This document shows positions 57,600-64,000 of a stretch of 64,000 bases of DNA, piece after piece. How positions within the stretch are numbered: position 1 is the first letter of the stretch; each line of letters begins with the position of its first letter. The stretch comes from Euglena gracilis (Eukaryota). The position numbers were made by a program, and so were the translations under genes. The stretch lies in the NCBI GenBank assembly GCA_039621445.1, contig CP154954.1:19392642-19456641 (forward strand), given 5' to 3'. The notes below the pieces were generated by a model. It was given only the letters and a program-made list of their open reading frames with translations, made no database searches and was not told the DNA's origin.

Positions 57600-59065
57600 T
57601 AAAACCAGTTTTTGACCCAAACACCATTGGTTTAGGGCCAAAAACAGGGCGCTGGCGGGTCGAAAAACGCTCATTTTCGGCTCAAAAACAGTTTTTCTGG
57701 GTCCGGGAGGCCAAAAAACATAGTTTTGGGCCAATTTTTTTGATTTTTTTTTTCGATTTTTTCGACCTGTTTTTGACCCGAAATCCATTGGTTTCGGGCC
57801 CAAAACGGGGCGCTGGCGGGTCAAAAAAACGCTCATTTTCGGCTCAAGAACAGTTTTTCTGGGTCCGGGAGGCCCGAAAACATTGGTTTTGGGTAATTTT
57901 TTTCGATTTTTTTTTCGACTTTTTGACCCAAAAATGCCCGAAAACGGCAAAGTCAAAGCAAGCCAAAAACTGTACAAAATGGCCAAAATTGGCCGTAAGA
58001 TGACCGTAACTCGGGCAAGACTGGGAATTGCGGGGAAATCAGGGTACTGTTGGGTGGGGCGTTCCAAGGGCTTAAATTTAGGTCTCCAGACATTTCCTTT
58101 GATTCCCCACCATTTTTGAGAAATTTCAGAAAAATTAATTATTTTTTTTTGACCCAAAACAGGGCCGAAAATGGCTAAGGCGCAAACCTGTCGCACTGTT
58201 TTGGGCCGTAAATCGGCCATATTTCGGGCTAGGCGGGGAGTTGCGGGGAAATCAAAATACCGTTAGCCAGGGCGTTTCAAGGGCTTGAGTATTCGCTTAG
58301 TTTGGGCATTTCCTTTGATTTTGCTTCATTTCCGAGATATTTTGGAAACATCGAATTGTTGACCCCGAAAACGGCCCAAGATGGCCCCAGAAATTGGCCG
58401 AAAAATGGTCGTAACTCGGGCTACACGCAGAGTTGGGGGGAAAGTAAACCATGGTTGGATAGGGCATTCCAAGGGCTTCGTTTTAGCTCTCCGGACATTT
58501 TCTTTGATTTTGCTTCATTGTCGAGATATTTTGGGAAAATCGTTGTTTTTTTTGGCCCAAAAACGGCCCCAAAAATGGCCGTTTTGGGCCGCAAAAGTGC
58601 ACCGGAACACGGGCCAGGTGTGTCGGCGGCCAAAACGGTGAATGGGGGGGTTGGGCCTCCAGGGGTACATTTTGTCAGTGGGACACTTCCGAAATAATGT
58701 ACGTTTTCTCGAGGTATTTTCGAAAAATTGATTTTTTGACCGTTTTTTGGACTCCGGCAAAATGGCAGAGTCCGGCAAAATGGCAGAGTCGGAAGAGGGG
58801 GCGGGCGGGCCAATCCTACCCAGTTTGGACCCCTTCGCGCTTGAATAACTCGGGCCTGGCGGGGAGTTTGGGGTCAAACGGAGGTGATTCGGAAACTTGA
58901 AATCCAGTCGCTCGCGACTGAAAAAAAAATCCGCCAACGGAGCCGGGAACATGGTGATAATCCGCCGGTTCCCGAGGGGGGCGGGGGGAGGGGGGGTTGG
59001 ACCCCCCTTTTCCCCAGGGGTGAGCTTCGCTCTTACTTTGAAGAGATAAGAGCTCAGCGACCCCC
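57600..59065. repeat. Dispersed repeat family homologous to 1-890
   Basis: Same subrepeats as 1-890; 58815-59065 is colinear with 620-890. Confidence 0.75.
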
Positions 59066-62000
59066 TACCACCTCCCCCCCTAGGAGGGGGGGGGTGGTGG
59101 GGACCCCCTACCACCTCCCTCATGTCTGCGGAGCTTCCCATCCAACCCTGTCCCCCCCCTGTGGAGTTCACTTCCCCCAGTGAGCAGGGGGCAGGGTTTG
59201 ATATAAGGAGGGCGTACATGGTTTAGGTGGGGGGGTGTCCCCCCCACCCCCCCCCCCCCCTCCTGGCCCGCAGGGGGGGTCCGGACCACCCCCCCCCCAC
59301 CTGTCCTTATATCGAACCCTGCCAGGGGGGCTGAGCTCCCCCCCGTGTCCAATCCACCCCAATTGCCAAAGGAAAATTGGCCAAAATGGTGGTTGACATC
59401 CCCATATTGGCACAATAGATCGGGGGTGGGCCAGGTCACGGGGGGGGGGGGTCACAGGGGGGGGATCAAAATTTTGCCTTCAGCGCCAAAGGCGCTTATT
59501 AAAAAATGGCCGCTTTGAGGGGAGCAAACCAGGCCTTGCCAAAAAATTTTGCCACTTTGGGGTGGGTGACACTTTGAGAGGGCGGGTTTCTCATTTTTTT
59601 GTTAAATTTCGTGCAATGGGAACCTTTCTTGCGATGACAGGTGTGCACCCCCGTGACCCCCCCCCCACGCCCCCTCGTAAGCTTCCCCCCCCCCCTGTGA
59701 CCAACACATGAAGCGTGACCACACATGAGCGATCTCAATTTTTGTCTTTCGCATGTGTCGTCCTACGAAAAGTTTTTTTTGGTCTTGCCTCTCCCCTGAG
59801 AAAAAATTCTTTTAAACCAATGCAGTGGCCCGGCTCGGACCGGTGGCCTGGCCCGACGGTGGGGTTATCTCCTCGTGCCCCCCCCCCCCCCCCCGTGTCC
59901 CCCCACGTCCCAGTTTACGACCGGTTTTCTATGTCAAGGTATGTGTTTGGGCCAAGAGTTAGGAGGAGGTTAAGGCGCCGCGGTCGCCCCCAGGCACACC
60001 CCGGGCCTTTGTGAACCACGCTAAATGAATGTCTGTGGCTGACCCGGATTTCAGCCTGAAATCGGGGGGCCCCCTTCGCTCAGCCACGATGGGAGGGGGG
60101 ACGCGGGGAGCATGGGCAGCCCGAACCCAGGCACCGGTCACAGGTGCCAGCTTCACACCCGAACCGGTGTGTCGGACATAGTTCTCGCAAAAGGTGAATC
60201 ATCTTGCAAAAGTGGCAGGCTGGAAAAAAGGGTTGCTCAGAATACCTGCCTTGGAGATATTTCGTTCGATGGGTGAAAAAACCATCCCAAATGAAGGTTC
60301 TTTACAACATTTCAGGCCTGGCGGGCTTTCTCCAGAAAAATTAAATTGGTGGATTAGAGGATAATATCCTCCGTTTTGGGAGGAGTGCAAAAATGCTCTT
60401 TTGTGTGGTCTGCCATCTCATTTTTGTGTTTTTGGTGCTTTTTCTGACTATTGAGACGCAGAACAAATCACAATCTGGGGATATTTGGCAATTTTTGAGA
60501 TTATTTGTGCAAAAAAAAACTGGTAAGTATCCCTCATATACCCTATTTGACCCCCCCCCCGATTGTCCCCTCCTCCAATTGGCGAATTGGGGTTTGAAGG
60601 AGCCGGTGTTAGCCAAATGGATGTCATGACTTTTGTTTCAGGATGAAGAGAAATCATTGGGGACCTAAAATAATGCCTCGAAGACGCTTTATCACCCGCC
60701 ATAGACTTGCAGGGCCATCTGCGCACCCGTGCCAGGCCGCCGGCCTGCTTGGGCTGGGTCAGGCCCGGGGGGTTTTGCGACGCGGGGGGGGGGGATGCGG
60801 GGGGTTCCTTTGCTTTCCCAATTTTTGTCTCGTCAACCTAAATTATTAAGCCTGTCAAGATGTCACAGTCCAATTACGGTGGTCGACACAAAAATATTTG
60901 ATTTTACACCTGTTTGGATGTGACTGGGGGTGTGATTGGGTGATTGTGATTGTGATTGTGTGGGGGTGCTTTTAGCTCCCCAGTTATTTCCTTTGATTGG
61001 CCACCATTTGGAGATGTTTTAAGTTTTTTTTGGGGTGGGCCGGGTTGCAGGGGGGGGGGGGTCAGGGTTGTATGGGAAGTTCCGCAGACATGAGGTGGGT
61101 AGGGGGGGTCACCCCCCATCCCTAGGGGGGTAAGGTGGTGCGCCCCCAGTTTCAGAAGGGGGTCCCCCCACCCCTCTTCCTCCTCTGCGGGGGGGGGGAT
61201 TTTTTTTTGCTGTGCTTCGTGCCGGGTGTGTATTTCAGGATCCCCTTGAGGCTCAATATGAAATTTTGGCAAAATGGCCAAAATGGGCCAAAAATGGCTG
61301 TAACTCGGGCTGGGCAGGAGTTGCAGGGAAATCAAAATACTGTTAGATGGGGCATTTAGTGGGCTTCAATTTAGGGATCCGGACATTTCCTTTGATTCCC
61401 CACCATTTTTGATAAATTTCGGGAAAACCGATTCTTTTGACCCAAAAAAATGGCCGAAATTTTGCACTCAATGGCGAGAAGTTCGTCGACCGAAAACTGG
61501 AGGTCGGAGGGCGGTCCCCCCCCCCCCCCCCCTTTTTGAAAGGGTCCCCCCCCCTCCAGGATTCCCATACAAGTTTGGGGGGGTCACGGGGGGTGACGGG
61601 GGATTTGGGGTCGGCACGAGCCTTGCAAAACCGCGAAAAAGGGCCAAATTGCTTGGGGTTTCCGTCAAAATTTTTGAGGTCTCAAATCTGGGTCGGGGGG
61701 TCTTGGGGGGTGGTCAGGGGGGGGGGGGGCACGGGGACAACGCCCCTTTGATTTTTGACCCAAAATGGCGAAAAAAAGGTCAAATCGATAGTTGGGAATT
61801 TTTTTAGCGTGGTTGCATCCCATTTCATTTTTGGACTCCGGACATTTCCTTTCATTTTGCTTCATTGTTGAGATTTCTTTATCAAAAAAACCGATTTTTT
61901 TGACCAACCCCCCCCCCCCCCAAACACCCCAAATGGCCGGTTTGGGCCACGAAAACAAGCCGAAAGCCAGGCATGTCGGCGGCCAAAACGGCAAATGCGG

Positions 62001-63312
62001 AGCGATAGAGGGTCAATAGGGGCATATATTGTGTGACAGACCCTTTCAGAAATAATGAAAATTTTCTCGGCAGTCCACCCACACCCTACAAACATTGTGC
62101 CAAGCATTGTGGGGGCTTTTGGGGGAAAACCCCACAATGGGCTCTTTGGGGGGTCCCCCCAAAGTGCCCCCCCCCCCCCCACTCACTTCGCCTTGAGCCC
62201 ATATCTCGTTTTCCAGGACCAGCGGGTTACCCAGACACAATCCCAGACAATACAATGCTGTTTTCACAGGAACCGTTTTTGTTCGCGATTATCAGGGCAT
62301 TGAATCATGAACAGCACCTTTTGGAGTGCCTGCGTGAAGCATGTCAACAAAATGGAGGGCAGGTGCCGGTTTTTTCTGTTCACGGCTACAGAAAAGTCGT
62401 GGGTTGTCACCCGCATACAGGCCGTATTCGGGTGATACCTACAATTTTTATATAACCCCCCGGGGTCAGTGCTATGGGCAGGCAGGGGGTAGGGCACAGC
62501 CCCCCCGGGGGGGCTGGACTGCAGCTAGTCCAAATTTGGCTAGTGGGATTTCTAGCAGACCCCCGGGGGGGGGGGGTCTGCTAGCAGGGCTAGCTAGTGG
62601 AATTTTTTTTCCAGTGACCGGCGCGAAGCGCCGGAGTTTTTTTGGGGGACCCCCAAAAATGGCCAAAAATGCCCGTTTTTGGCCATTTTTGGGAAAAGGC
62701 AAAACCTCTTAAAAACCTCATTTCCACCTCGGGGCGCAGCGCCGGAGGGAAAATTTTTTTTCAGTGGGGGGGGATCCCCGGCCCCCCCCCCCCGGGGGAG
62801 CTAGTCCATTTTTTCCAGTGTCTGGCGCAATTTTTGGCGGTCACTTATCGACCAATTGTTTGCTACCATGGTGGCTAGCGACTACCATCCCCCCCCCCTG
62901 AACGACACCCCTCAACCAAGGCAAAATATCCCGCGGGGTGTGCCCTGGGGGTGTGCCGTAGCACCACCCACCCCAAAACCCGACTCCCCCCCCCCCACGG
63001 GGTCGAAGGTGCCCTACCAGGCTTTTGCTTAAGGACCCCCGGGGGGGGTGGCTAGCCAATCGGCAAACTGCCAATCTGTTGTCTTTTCTGGCTCCACAAC
63101 CAAATCCGAGTTCAACGACCATTTTGGACGATTTTTGGGCAGTTTTTATCGTGGACCTTTTAGATTTCCGCCCAAAGTTGCAGGTTTCCGACCGTATATT
63201 CGAAACAGCCATTTTGTTTGTTTTCACTCTGCATTTTTTTTTAGGCATAATGCTGCATGAAAACAGCATTATCCTGATTTTTTTTTTTGCAATCCTTCCC
63301 CCCTGTTTGTAG

Positions 63313-63411
63313 CGGACAGAGGATGGTCTGATTGTTGTGAGCTCTCAAAAGGAGGCGTATGACCTGGATGCTGCTGATGGAGTTCTTGACGGAAAGTATT
63401 TTGGGGCCGAG
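63313..63411 (+). CDS. Candidate isolated host exon (33 aa, RTEDGLIVVSSQKEAYDLDAADGVLDGKYFGAE)
   Basis: Pyrimidine tract plus tag acceptor, 99-nt open phase-0 exon, gag|gtac donor, and non-repetitive protein-like sequence. Confidence 0.5.
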
Positions 63412-63489
63412 GTACGTTGCGCTGCTCTGAGTGAGCTTTCTGCATTTTATGCAAAATTCTTTATCCATTCATATTTTGTGGAAAGAAAT

Positions 63490-63739
63490 CATAGCTGGCA
63501 GCTCGTTCAAAATGAAGCCAAAAAACGTTGTTCTTGTTTTAAAAAAATGCTTTTTATTAAACAAAAAAAACAAAAGAGGGACATTTTTTTACTGTATGAA
63601 TTTGACCAAAAATTATGTGTTTTTGAAGCATTTTGACCCATTTCAACCTTGCAACCAAGGCAAATGTGGTCTGATTGTTTTTTTTGCTACCTTTTTTTAT
63701 TTTTAAAAAACAGTTTTTTTTAAAAAAATGCCAGCTATG
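63490..63739. mobile_element. Short diverged member of the catagctggc MITE family
   Basis: TIRs catagctggca / tgccagctatg; flanks aaagaaat / aaagaagg. Confidence 0.75.
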
Positions 63740-64000
63740 AAAGAAGGTAAGTCAAGGAGCATCATGGCAGGACGGGTGCAGGCTTCTTTTTCATGAAATT
63801 CGCACCTCTGGGGGGTGCTATGGGCAGAGGGGGGGGGCATTTTTGACCCCCTGGGGGTTGGGGTTAGGGGTGGCACCCCCCTTCATTGTTGCAGTACAAC
63901 CCCCCCCCCCTGACGCCGAAGGTGCTGGCCTAAAAATGACCTTTTTCACGCGAAAATTGGCTTGGTCGGCGACTGACCTCCGGGGTGGGGGGGGATGCCT

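Overview
Repeat-saturated eukaryotic nuclear DNA, most likely from a euglenid. This rests on three relics of the euglenid spliced-leader (SL) exon and an interstitial TTAGGG tract. No complete host gene is visible; there is one candidate 99-nt exon. Two near-complete retrotransposons dominate the window. (1) A 16.5-kb Ty3/Gypsy chromovirus (1937-18469, minus strand) has near-identical LTRs, a phage/DIRS-type N6-adenine DNA methyltransferase-like domain between protease and RT, and an extra ~1830-codon ORF downstream of integrase. (2) A TSD-bounded CRE-like non-LTR element of the restriction-like endonuclease (RLE) class (34824-40708, minus strand) reconstructs as N-term / 2A / zinc fingers + adenine MTase (NPPF) / 2A / RT-RLE. 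Two unrelated retroelement classes therefore carry the same MTase family, and in the LINE it sits in a cassette that 2A ribosomal skipping could release as a separate protein. The remainder is nested hAT- and PIF/Harbinger-like MITEs, decayed CRE fragments, minisatellites and a 1277-bp tandem unit rich in hairpins. Domain calls come from motif recognition by eye; no searches were run. Several frameshifts lie in homopolymers and may be sequencing errors.
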